From IMG/VR virus record IMGVR_UViG_3300032323_000817: 64,000 nt of DNA, one strand, 5' to 3'. The stretch's first letter is position 1. The number at the start of each line of letters is the position of its first letter. The position numbers and the translations under genes were made by a program. The notes under the pieces were generated by a model that made no database searches, was not told the origin of the DNA, and worked only from the letters and a program-made list of their open reading frames with translations. Source of the stretch: an uncultured virus (IMG/VR IMGVR_UViG_3300032323_000817). Taxonomy: Duplodnaviria > Heunggongvirae > Uroviricota > Caudoviricetes. This document shows positions 46,001 through 52,755 of the stretch, piece after piece.

Positions 46001-46451
46001 AGATATGCAGGGATTCTTTAAAGCGTTTGCTTATGCAGGTATCTTGGGTACACAACTTAATAAAAAGTTTGACTCTTACTTGCCTTTGATTCCTGAGTCT
46101 ATCTATACATTCCCTATGTCTTCTGTGATTCCTGAATTTATTTCAAGTAACGAAGCAGCCTTGGAGGAGGATAATTCAGAGTTTATGAATGCTTTTACAG
46201 CTCGCTTTAAAGAGAATCATCCAGAGTTGTACGGTAGTAAAAATATTCCTGTTACTTTAAACTATTACAAAGACTACAACTTGTCTAGAGAGAATATTGT
46301 ACAGGAAGAAGTTGCTCAAGAAACTCTTACCCTAGATACTACAGCTCCTAAACAATTGACCATCAACTTTGAAGAAGAGAATCAGTTGTTCTTAGATGAG
46401 TCTTTTGCTAAACTCCGTGAGATTAATAATAATCTAAGTAAAAATTGCTAA
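34044..46451 (+). CDS. Virion-packaged RNA polymerase polyprotein (two-barrel RNAP plus zincin protease domain)
   Basis: 4135 aa; RIPGQGYNSM followed by GSDYDIDKLF (DxDxD at 43968-43982) like crAss-like/phi14:2 vRNAP; HEAWH zincin motif 39822-39836. Confidence 0.9.
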   Translation: MPFNPLRNEIDKIHLQNTGKTSEQIHSDLLKVDQEIANINAISGPSINVQKESESLQSNVKSLLEGNILKNFSTLTQAGSKFGIEFPKLELDEETNKNIDNASKALTRSLREGSLDESQKALAELKTRYNDAADSSMGSAQKEKLRKSYADIVDKVNQANTIKISQDNLDGYYNEIPLEQREAALQSFNPNQRLSLALKPSQTTNADIINKLADFESNRVGSRIYNTEDLNVFKSTYVKTDDDLYAGMEMQYNYAMKNAVDQKIASYQEQIATLDQQIKSSVDPRAKEAFAFQKATLKKELDYSNKLSQKLTPYTSEDTYLKNFYPEQYTRKKEREKQEVYRNEMLAEGDKGSLGETIYRTGQQTKSNFLKQVAGLGYLAGAEELGYRIKSGAGYAAPPTFFVGKDLNKNNKIDDSEITRDIHGNKVTMSQVSWTDKNGNTTWNLWAPVEQVVPIATDVAMTIALSKGAGAIGRGIGLGYGRLAATAGLSEANTASFLKNVAPRISTLGTVTATTFPRFYAEERANFKDGDTAFKVATMRAVVEGLTETIIPDTELFSGKIAYGLLDPVFSKLGKLDPTALGQLTIKRDALLGLLPKGALSAKDAALLMAPASIRRTLSGASQESIEELFSLVGNYFVDKYASSQNFEVEETNKLSSESFLDTFVEGFIPSLFISGGSNLLSKEALRQERLNQARWNIANNPEKYKQVIANQVQQGKLTKEEGLKRTAAVDNLGRRLESMTEINHIKSLTNLLDDKEKQYNYFSNVLFQEDLLTVDTTELSEDQLKEYQDSLDRTSKEVLTTKSLTDKYAGLEESDKREIISKLFNSQAKAAESTDTSMESLLGIATETRQSLLSLPVSDPRYEFVAAEYKKFQDRVDSSLSTRIQNFTQVLENNPEQLTSLELAVALNTYLPAIERLNATTAETPSIPTPLAENLQPLPQNAPELIQAVRDELLTREVLNEEDFLREVNRNLQNPETKSIQGYQIAIAELSPEELTSGKLNEEEHSHLSAAQRLILATRLEDHVEEKKANPEQPTFLEENRGKVLDALYNNLVGEQDEQTKRNSIIDLNKRAIESAPETPVVNNFSPQAQEAPTPSQKPIPGKVLDVDQDIFDEYALLLSDLNDLVSNPDADIDEVKGQVSELIKGALRNLDNLQNLNQVRSALLGLYPDDAQSIEDTFAKASEGIVDVSGLTFVTGKRKEFVQGVIAKLVSQNQVSQTATSADVVTVPATEEVIEEAPELISDSVVESDNYESAQETKAKEDKESTIKGERGLHIATITTNRDNQTTQDPAVQLIDNIVTVYSENTRSNKTTDLDLRIQSVMGIYEFIFDAPKVERLKAFKEKSSLTEEEKTELVSLLTVNGVPIHNQPFMDYVKENPSKIGSGISSVFVNSNGELVRFTKLGKPSKAKTSLISVPVLPNKNVSPEMASVRKQATEGKIIVSSINGVVSGYGWGAQNARPLEKAVGETIYVHTDPISRTLTGAQKNYVLNPGSVHIVKDGARNPYTGVSIPTNGNTVQALVNAFNDGTLPQTLSESIRTDAATFLDYMSQQVNSTFVKTKEGGAKSGMRFFKKANLYLTATSGNKIVVEYPVEGKDKKKYIKPSKNQQEDLLKIGASSYKLVSARLVEQNAPYTALVVKESGEVVTKNYNTYSDFVKSPEFGATFIREENRTLSFSPDYRVIEPNVSDVVDATNDNLPVQPAPTQPIDDKADLVKDYVREVFTQARKSGRSGYMKRVREKLTQVTDPTLSVGKKYARVEVDEEGNVDRVGIVTGTGKSFEYTFISGYTGSGNTKSSAKNFPTFIDESGKESGKMSPERLGYFFEIPTIEQPAIQSTTSKLDRLRNKLNNLNTGEDRVEFNRSKTLRNNITKKQNEAAKNWVANHPIFKNTPFIFDNTINHPEAYAVWSKAGIFLFEGANYAEAYHEAWHEFSQLYLTPEQKAALYAEARSIYGDLSFVELEEKLAEDFRAYSLSEGKVLPVSIAEAKESKSIFKQIWDFISNLFSDKKTVDHYFSRLYKGNLTQFKRKEANQYFIQLFSGKYVYEDESGNITSLSYKDSKAFLDDLDSIYVYLANNMFANQNATLINVLSSPVAANKTYSYLAKSLLDDHDSLVEQYNKNNDESLLPTIENLRKILEDFDNVAQFHKTNSSLFSDNIRKQLVSEQIVSIEQANVEFATFEASVNEMSQKQIASQTLINALKTLPRYENGEIVLHPVYSVPKLSNFNTNWNILQRRLSGSNSYQDLYSRLQGVVEEYPQFQQFISYLPSPTESIDKGSSLNFKNEFYKIFSMPYIEGYTTDIKRNEEGEIVEAKVFQAQSLDAINLRNKFDTDFSLSPGAYSKRNNTTGTFYLDTDKYFATFPGVPTAPKDEEEFAEYNLSLLEMLKPLGFNLSPNAEELFVKENAEIQERVVNLIYNKLKSLSQTQAYIMEPLSDLSSDHVNAEGVKVAGESGNVSSVIQYEVEANPQYVNDMRYNAVNKQIWSINQHTFMSKTLNVLNDGKLYPTLDEVYAELPHLNPQNNPNAKSSFVLSYLFNESGKRRTDKYQGIEVPRKVELGNLLGIKDIEGEKTIDSNEAQKHYSDIIGLTKAGIEEINRLSGKSTTRGLVFDRKLRNYLGLLPANNQADPFILSGANQVPYDLFVSRIVPLIEAEVQVTAKGSDKFKINAYDTDGSPKLTYFHKIFTPEQRTALFSAFKSPASNMSLEDVFESINGNRDIYTRFGQYINSQANKSKIILGEAYNLPDSELMKYHFFSAVGRIEQHKLFFGHPYYYKNPKDIEKRLSAWNAFGSYANIDPQNMEYLESGQSGLSVNSGRDALHTYAQQNNIKVNPNRAKIDQISYIVLKDEAVKSTTASKSKSYGESKDAYTNDKGSAKQDAAAFCTIDFFRKFYSISTGVTPEMMEEFKRQDNIYKKYLELQTAPDYAEDTIREELDALLNKKATYNFTIKKLQYSGHNKVESGESVPVFHKYSMKPILPSEMVDNPELASILQKLHASSADYAVFTSGTKISETVAPVSLFDSKGKVKLQAVPTGVVDLKYLKEQVLIENKEDFNSIFSTQFRKLVYKDATTESELAAYQEYKSIIENLTNFDKLNFVEQLQDKEKLVEFLIKEISKKNAAESTKDLLQLKTDNTLMYTLDSMIDRTIMESAIVASVKNQIIRQKVPGAQRVQYPVSLIRPNRKLAYYDIKSSADGSIIRKAETIVSFSKGYYPLLNLLSPVDNQPIGELDANGIPVNPYTALTRLNEALKDSQFRNTYASQLSMVAIRIPGQGYNSMENFEVVEFLPEESGEIILVPDEMVIKSGSDYDIDKLFCYDPSINNDGSMLVDRVSTPEDLIVRKKELLADLKETRELKRQYTEEKKELLDELGNILTTNGFDASSRLGNLYQELKSLKGVSEGELMDAGVTEGDLETLRKKFSGELVPEKQQKSAETIDKIRRIKNVLRTASEKELSSSLADLSEWIGDLVKDEKSLLQDLKNLRNGYTNALLLNISNRLSQPEIFEALITPNTIETIDKAVKEFGTSSDSTTASLTNLINPIYQLYVFSLNTYKTALGTDAKNNVFHSLLQKTTFYREDKQGVRRYLLESNRTADGYIDFSRVNNVDGTRISRMSGETISAHVDIEKNDGIALIGLNNLITPVVNYVLMAGTRFNDIVNLINKPTVIDGKKFRSSILDYSKGKSLEDILKTILERVPENSLEATLINNSKNDYGTIIRSKFISNVYTQMYAKTTQETAREELLSREEPLFDVRRLAVFLELEDQTRDLATISLAVDYDTFSPQNFESFRSASLELIPYLKEGGEKSTIFNKQGLLDVIGNTVVSPFQVQQDVLDKFVEVFPISANPKITNKILRQFAIAKETNRKLDYDRFSRVFKNDLLYALFLNNVPQAGIFEQFLDKKNPGNIGSLYTNLKARLTQRGITAENDIFGLVAINSDINSTFIRTGLKQTELEFSVDIYKEEFEKGFNWSHPSLDPTNASDAELIADMQGFFKAFAYAGILGTQLNKKFDSYLPLIPESIYTFPMSSVIPEFISSNEAALEEDNSEFMNAFTARFKENHPELYGSKNIPVTLNYYKDYNLSRENIVQEEVAQETLTLDTTAPKQLTINFEEENQLFLDESFAKLREINNNLSKNC

Positions 46452-46457
46452 TTAAGT

Positions 46458-46465
46458 TATATTTG
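46458..46465 (+). promoter_or_regulatory. Possible internal -7 promoter element
   Basis: TATATTTG in the 22-nt gap before ORF 46474; no consensus -33. Confidence 0.45.
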
Positions 46466-46473
46466 TATTAACC

Positions 46474-49400
46474 ATGTTTTGTCCTAACCTATCAGACCCA
46501 ACTATAAAGGCTCAATTTGAGAAACTTCAATCTATTGTCCCAGAGTATGCTTACTATCTCTGGGATAAGTATCAGGGAGAAGTACCTGCTAAGTATTATA
46601 ACTTGCCTATGCCTAGTGTTATGTTTAGCAGAAAGGATGCAAAGTTTGTGTCTGATAGAGCTATACGACTAGAGAGGCAACTAGACTTCTTAAAGCAAGT
46701 TCAACAAGATCCAGAGTACTGGAAACTTACTTTCCCTGAAAAGAGAGCTTACGTTTCCACTAAGCATTTTAATGAGGTTGTGGAGCTAGTAGGAGGAAGA
46801 AACTCTGTTAATGTGGTAGGTAATAGATTTTATCTTAGTACAACTCGTAATGTTCGTACTTCTGATGCAGTGTATAGATATGCTCACAGCTTAGCACATT
46901 CTATCAATCAGATGTTTCCTTTTGTATCGAGTAACTCTCCAGCTACTGTAAGACAGACTTATGATGGTACTACCTACGTAGAGTTTGACTTAAGCGGTAG
47001 ATATGCTACTCCTTTACTAGAAGCAGTAGAGACTATAGACGAGGAAGAGATGAGAGCTGAGATGGAGTTGTTTGATATACAAGAGAACTTAACTAAGGAA
47101 CAACTAGGGTTGTTTGAGAAGTTAGAATCTGCAAATGAACTCCTAATAGACTCAGAAGGACTTCCCTACAGTGGTATTATGTTCCAAAAGAGTTTGTCTT
47201 TACTTCAATCTTTGAAGAGACCAAACATCGCAAAGCATACAAAACTACTTAATAAGCTTGTAGAGAGATTCCCTGGGGTAACTTGGACTTGGAATAACCA
47301 AATAGCTGAGGCAGGAAGAGTAAACCTTGCTACAGGTCAGATTGAAATAAATCCAGACTTAATAGATGATGAGACTCCTTGGCATGAGTTTGGGCACTTT
47401 GTAGTTAGAGGAATTAGAGAATCTAATCCTGAACTATTCGAAGAACTTAAAAAAGAGATCCAAAGACTACATGACTCTTCTCCCACTTCGTCTGCTTACT
47501 TTGCAGTAGAGTCTATGTATCCTGAGTATGCAAACACAGATTCATTTTGGGAAGAAGCTATTGTAACAGAGTTAGGAAGACAGTCTGCTAAGAAAGAAAA
47601 CAGAAATCTATTTGAGAAAGTATTAGATTGGTTTAAGTCATTTGTTAAAGGATTTAACCCTAAGGCAACTAAGATAAACACTATGTCTAATTTAGTGGAC
47701 TCTTTGGTTGATCCTAATACTATATTTGAGTTTGTTCCTGATAATAATTCAGTTGCGGAATACATGTTCCAACGGATTCTTAATCCAGAACTAGTAGAAT
47801 CTCTTACTCAGTATGTGCGTCCTACAGAAAATGCACCATTTGAGTTTCAGACTTATGCAGAAAAGCTTCAAGTAATCTCTTCAGCAATTTCTGATTCAGA
47901 GTTTAAGAGAATCCTAGACACCAACAGATATCTAAAGAGAGGAGGGGAGTCTTTACAGCGTGCTTTAACAGCCATTAAAGAGATTAAGCCTGTACTTACT
48001 AAAGAAGATGTAGCTTCTTCTGTCTTAGAGTTAGCAGATTACTTCCAGTATACTTCTATTTACTTACAAGGTCTTGTTCGTCACTTAAGTTTAATTGAGA
48101 AAGACGACTCTATTCCTTCTGGAAAGAAACTAGGGGATATACATAGGGCTTATCGTCAAGCATTGGCTATAGAGAAGCATGTAAGAAAGATCTCAGAATT
48201 ATTTGATGTTAGTGACTTAGAGCAACTTAACAGAGGTGTAGTAGCTAAGAATCCTTTCTTAAAGAACCTCTCTTGGGTTAATGCTGCTATATCTAGTATT
48301 AAGGATAGTCATAAGAGAAGGATTGTTACTCCTGTGGTAAACGAGTTACAAGAGACTTTTGCTGAACAAAACAAAAGTATTGAAGCGTCTTTTAACGATC
48401 AAATCAACAAACTAAAAACTCGCACACAAACCCCTGTTATTGCTAAAAGAATAAAATCACTTGAAAAAGAAAGAGATGAAAGTCTATTGACTCCTGAAAA
48501 CATACAGAGGTTCTTAACAAACCCTGACTCTCCTTTCTATCTTGCTTTCGACTCTGCTGTATCTACTAAGTCTGCAGGTGTACAATTAATTGCACAGTAT
48601 CTTAGAGGTGTTAATAACGAATTCCAAGAGAATATAAAGCCTGTAGCTAGAGACTTCCAAGACTTAATGGATGAAGTAGCAAAAGAAGGTTCTGGATTCT
48701 TAGGAGCTGTTACTAGAACAAAAGACTTCTTTAAGCCTTACTACCGTGAGACTGTATTGTTTGAGGTAGTAGATGGTAAACTTGTAAAAGATAAAAAAGT
48801 TCTTTCTTTAAACACTAAAGTAAAGACAATAGAACTTCGTAATAGAATTACTGAGTTAAAGTATGCTATAGAATACGGAGAGACAGAAGAAATTCGTAAT
48901 GCTGCTGAAGAAGATCTTCGTAAGTTCTATGAAGAGTATACAGAGCGTCCTTTTACTGACGAGTACTACGAGATACAGAAAGGCTTACCTGACGATGTCA
49001 AAGCTTCTAGGAATAGAATATTCCAAGAGATGGCAGCAATCAGAGAGACTTTTGGCACAGGAGAGATAGATGAGGATACGATACTAGCGCTTAAAGAGAA
49101 GGAAAAAGAACTCTATGAGTTAGAAAGAATATACGATGAAGCGGGAGAACTAAAGACTGGTAAGGCTTATGAGGATGCAGTAGCTATCCAAAAGTGGAAA
49201 GAGAACAAAAGAAACAACTCTGTAGTTAGTTATACTTTAGATGAAGATACTAAGCTAGTATTTGATAAGATGCTTGCAGACCAGAAAGCTCTTTTGCAAA
49301 AAGGACTTTCTTCTACTAATCCTGTTACTAGAAAAGCAGCACAAGATAACTATGATAGATGGGCTTCTGTTTACACAAGAACAGTATTTACTCAAGAGTT

Positions 49401-52299
49401 TTATGATACTAGACAAGATATTCTGGATGAGATTGCTGAAGTTCTTTCTGAAAGAGGATCAGTTCAAGACCTTTACTCTAATCTATTTAACTTGTTGTCT
49501 GGAACTAAAGATAGAAACGGTGTATACAATCCTACAGAAGTTACAGAAAGCCAAGTAAAAACAGCTAAGAAATTAGAAGAGGAGATTGAGGCTATCAAAG
49601 CTTTGCTTAAAAAAGACAGTCCTTTGTCTCAAGATAGTAAAGAAAAACTCTCTAGTCTTATTCAAGAACTACAAGAGTTGCAGACTAACGTAAACTCTGA
49701 ATACTATACTTCAGCTGTAAAGTATCAGTTAGATAGTATTAGAACTCAAGTTACCACGGAAAATCCTGACTTATCTCCTGAGTCTATTGAGGCACTTGTA
49801 AATGTTAGATATAAGAACTCTCCTTGGTACAAAGACAATCATATAACTAAGTTCCGTTATGACGCAGATTTAAAATCTGTTGTAGAAGTAGAGGAGCCTT
49901 TGTTTATGTGGAGAGTAACTAGGCCCAAAGATCCTAAGTACATCCAAAGCGATGCTCCTTCGTTAATGTGGTATAAGGCAGTAGTTAATCCTGCATTTAA
50001 AAACAATAACTATAAGCCAGGAGAAGTTACCTTTAAAGATGTTACAGGTGGAGACTATTACAATAGTTCTTACGATACATTAACTCCTAAGAAGAGAGAA
50101 CTTCTTGAGAGAATGAAAGAACTGCACTATAGAAGTCAAGAGGGATTATATCAAAAAGATAAACTAGGTGACTTGATCCCTGGTATGAGAAAAACCACAG
50201 GAGAATTCTTGGATATAGTTAACTTAAAGGCAAATATAATCAAGCAGTTCTTTAAGAATATTTCAAACTTTTTCTCTGGGGATAGAGATAGCTTTTCAGA
50301 TGAAGAAGAGATCTACGGTATTGCACAACAGACAGACGCTTTTGGCGATCCTGTTGTAAGAGATTCTCGTAGATTGTTTAATCGTTATGCACGTACTCTT
50401 CCTATCGAAGAACAGTCTTATGATATTATGACTGCTATGGCTTCTTACGCTACTTCTTCTGAAAGATTTAAAGTAATGCGTAAGTATCAATCTACCATTC
50501 TTACTATGGAAGAAGTATTGAGTAGTGTTAAAACAGACTCTCGTGCAGCTAACGTAGTTAGGGACTTAGTAGATAGAGAACTCTATGGAAAAACCTTAGA
50601 GGACAATTATAAGATTGCTGGAACTAGAAACCTTGAGACAGTTACCCTAAGGAGAGCCAATAGTATTATCTCAGGAGTAGGAAGACTAGCAGGATTCAAA
50701 ACTTTAGGTTTTAATATTATTAGTATTCCTCAGAACTGGGTCAGTGGTCATATTAAGATCTTATCTCAGTTAGGTTTTTATCAGATTGGCTACAAAGATT
50801 TGATGCTTGCTTATTCAGACAGTTTAGGCATAGCTAAAGAATTCTACGCTACCTACAATCAGTTTGGTGCTAAGAGTTACAAAGTATCTTTAGTAGATTT
50901 CTTTACAGGAACTCAATCAGTAGCTAACCAAGCAAGTGAACTTAACAATAAAGGAATAGCTAAGTATGGTAAAGTCTGGAAAACCGTATCAACCTTAAGG
51001 GACTTTACTGAATTTGATGTTGCAGCTGTAACTACATATGCTTTCTTGAATAAGTATAGAGTACCTGTTAAGGGAACTAATAGAACTATTCCTTTAAAAG
51101 ATGCGTTTGAATTAAAAGACGGTATTATTCAACCTAGAGAAGATGTAGATATCGACTCTAACTTCATTCAATCTATTAGAAGATCTGTTCAGTTAGCAAA
51201 CGAAAGAGCACAAGGTGTTTATGCAACTGATGCTCAGCCTACTGCAGTTAAACATGCTTGGTTCAGAGCTGTTCTTTTCTTGAAGAAGTGGGTTATTCCT
51301 GATCTTAAATCTACTTGGGGTTCTGAGACTATCCATTATGGAGCAGGTATCAAGACTTTAGGTTCTCATAGAGCTGCACTTAGGTTCTTAAGAGACATTA
51401 TTTATTACGACAAAGGTGCTGTTTATAATACTTGGAAGTTTTCTTCTGATGTAGAGAAAGCGGGTCTTAAACAGTTTGCAATTAGTTTAGGAGCTTATAC
51501 TATGTTTGCTAATCTCATAGTACAAATGTCTCTTGCTTTAGATTGTGAAGAAGACTCAGAAGCAGATTGGAAAGACTATGTTTGTTTAGGACTCAAGCGT
51601 ACAGCTAACGAAGTTGAAGGAGTATTTACTTTATGGGGTTTAAATGAGATGCTATTTACTTATGTAGCAGAACAAGCAAACGGTGTATCTATCTTTGAGA
51701 AAATTGGTTCGGCAGCATTAGGACCATTTAGTGTTTGGAAAAAGTTTATCACAGATGATGATCTTTACACAGATGAACCTTACTATCGTTACAGATCAAA
51801 CTCTTCTAAAGTAGACTGGGATAAAACACATCCTATGCTTGCTGGAAGAATGGGACTTGGAGTACTAGGTATAGAATTTTTAGGATTGAAGGGAATGTTC
51901 ATTGGTCCTAAGTCTATAGAATTCCAAAACAGAGCCTTTAACGATTACTCGCCTAAGACTTATACTAAGGAACTTAAGACTAGATATACTAAAGAGCATG
52001 AGGGACTAGAGGTTATGCCTACTAGAACTCAGATCGGTCAAGAGAAGAAGTTGTATAAGACGGAATTGAAAAGACTTATGATGAAGATTAATCGTTATAA
52101 AGAGAGTGGTCAAGAAGTTCCGCAGTCTTTAAGAAATCAAGTAATAGGTCTTAGAGAGCAATTTAAGGAAAGAGTACAAAAGATTAAGTCTGGAGAACAA
52201 GAAAAAGGTGCTCCTTTTGCTTATCCTTTTATGAATATATTAGGAGATAGGAAAGGACTTGACGTTAGTGCAGAAGACTTTGAGTTAGACGAGGAATAA
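46474..52299 (+). CDS. Large ejected virion protein with zincin metallopeptidase domain
   Basis: 1941 aa; MFCPN N-terminus; TPWHEFGH (HExxH 47383-47397) with downstream EEAIV; follows vRNAP as in crAss-like phages. Confidence 0.8.
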   Translation: MFCPNLSDPTIKAQFEKLQSIVPEYAYYLWDKYQGEVPAKYYNLPMPSVMFSRKDAKFVSDRAIRLERQLDFLKQVQQDPEYWKLTFPEKRAYVSTKHFNEVVELVGGRNSVNVVGNRFYLSTTRNVRTSDAVYRYAHSLAHSINQMFPFVSSNSPATVRQTYDGTTYVEFDLSGRYATPLLEAVETIDEEEMRAEMELFDIQENLTKEQLGLFEKLESANELLIDSEGLPYSGIMFQKSLSLLQSLKRPNIAKHTKLLNKLVERFPGVTWTWNNQIAEAGRVNLATGQIEINPDLIDDETPWHEFGHFVVRGIRESNPELFEELKKEIQRLHDSSPTSSAYFAVESMYPEYANTDSFWEEAIVTELGRQSAKKENRNLFEKVLDWFKSFVKGFNPKATKINTMSNLVDSLVDPNTIFEFVPDNNSVAEYMFQRILNPELVESLTQYVRPTENAPFEFQTYAEKLQVISSAISDSEFKRILDTNRYLKRGGESLQRALTAIKEIKPVLTKEDVASSVLELADYFQYTSIYLQGLVRHLSLIEKDDSIPSGKKLGDIHRAYRQALAIEKHVRKISELFDVSDLEQLNRGVVAKNPFLKNLSWVNAAISSIKDSHKRRIVTPVVNELQETFAEQNKSIEASFNDQINKLKTRTQTPVIAKRIKSLEKERDESLLTPENIQRFLTNPDSPFYLAFDSAVSTKSAGVQLIAQYLRGVNNEFQENIKPVARDFQDLMDEVAKEGSGFLGAVTRTKDFFKPYYRETVLFEVVDGKLVKDKKVLSLNTKVKTIELRNRITELKYAIEYGETEEIRNAAEEDLRKFYEEYTERPFTDEYYEIQKGLPDDVKASRNRIFQEMAAIRETFGTGEIDEDTILALKEKEKELYELERIYDEAGELKTGKAYEDAVAIQKWKENKRNNSVVSYTLDEDTKLVFDKMLADQKALLQKGLSSTNPVTRKAAQDNYDRWASVYTRTVFTQEFYDTRQDILDEIAEVLSERGSVQDLYSNLFNLLSGTKDRNGVYNPTEVTESQVKTAKKLEEEIEAIKALLKKDSPLSQDSKEKLSSLIQELQELQTNVNSEYYTSAVKYQLDSIRTQVTTENPDLSPESIEALVNVRYKNSPWYKDNHITKFRYDADLKSVVEVEEPLFMWRVTRPKDPKYIQSDAPSLMWYKAVVNPAFKNNNYKPGEVTFKDVTGGDYYNSSYDTLTPKKRELLERMKELHYRSQEGLYQKDKLGDLIPGMRKTTGEFLDIVNLKANIIKQFFKNISNFFSGDRDSFSDEEEIYGIAQQTDAFGDPVVRDSRRLFNRYARTLPIEEQSYDIMTAMASYATSSERFKVMRKYQSTILTMEEVLSSVKTDSRAANVVRDLVDRELYGKTLEDNYKIAGTRNLETVTLRRANSIISGVGRLAGFKTLGFNIISIPQNWVSGHIKILSQLGFYQIGYKDLMLAYSDSLGIAKEFYATYNQFGAKSYKVSLVDFFTGTQSVANQASELNNKGIAKYGKVWKTVSTLRDFTEFDVAAVTTYAFLNKYRVPVKGTNRTIPLKDAFELKDGIIQPREDVDIDSNFIQSIRRSVQLANERAQGVYATDAQPTAVKHAWFRAVLFLKKWVIPDLKSTWGSETIHYGAGIKTLGSHRAALRFLRDIIYYDKGAVYNTWKFSSDVEKAGLKQFAISLGAYTMFANLIVQMSLALDCEEDSEADWKDYVCLGLKRTANEVEGVFTLWGLNEMLFTYVAEQANGVSIFEKIGSAALGPFSVWKKFITDDDLYTDEPYYRYRSNSSKVDWDKTHPMLAGRMGLGVLGIEFLGLKGMFIGPKSIEFQNRAFNDYSPKTYTKELKTRYTKEHEGLEVMPTRTQIGQEKKLYKTELKRLMMKINRYKESGQEVPQSLRNQVIGLREQFKERVQKIKSGEQEKGAPFAYPFMNILGDRKGLDVSAEDFELDEE

Positions 52300-52330
52300 C
52301 TTGACTTATTTTTTTAATAGTTTACTTTTG
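52300..52330 (+). promoter_or_regulatory. Promoter CTTGAC...TACTTTTG for the fibre operon
   Basis: TTG-N19-TACTTTTG. Confidence 0.7.
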
Positions 52331-52408
52331 TACTACGGGCTAATAAGCCGAGTACATAAGTACTGTAGCGATAATTAAACTAAATTTAAATCTAAATAAA
52401 CTATAATT

Positions 52409-52744
52409 ATGGAAAATAATGATTTGCTTAAAGAACAAGCAAAAAGACTCCGTCAAGTAAAAGACGAACTCACCTTAGTAAACAATGCTACTTCTAGAAG
52501 TGCAGGTATGGGTGGTTCTATTGGAGTATCTACTACTTACACTGGATCATTTGAATCTATTGTAATTAACGAAGATGCTGTTATCTCTGTATTAGAGTAC
52601 TTGGACGAAGCGGGAGTCAATAAAGTAACTGCATTAGGATTAAATGCATTCACAGTTACTAAGGGTATGTTGCTTACCCCTCCTTACGGAAAACTTTTCG
52701 GAAAGGTTACTTTAGCTTCAGGTACTATTATAGTATACATTTAA
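52409..52744 (+). CDS. Small virion structural protein
   Basis: N-terminal coiled coil plus small beta domain ending GKVTLASGTIIVYI. Confidence 0.55.
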   Translation: MENNDLLKEQAKRLRQVKDELTLVNNATSRSAGMGGSIGVSTTYTGSFESIVINEDAVISVLEYLDEAGVNKVTALGLNAFTVTKGMLLTPPYGKLFGKVTLASGTIIVYI

Positions 52745-52755
52745 TTTAACTCTCT

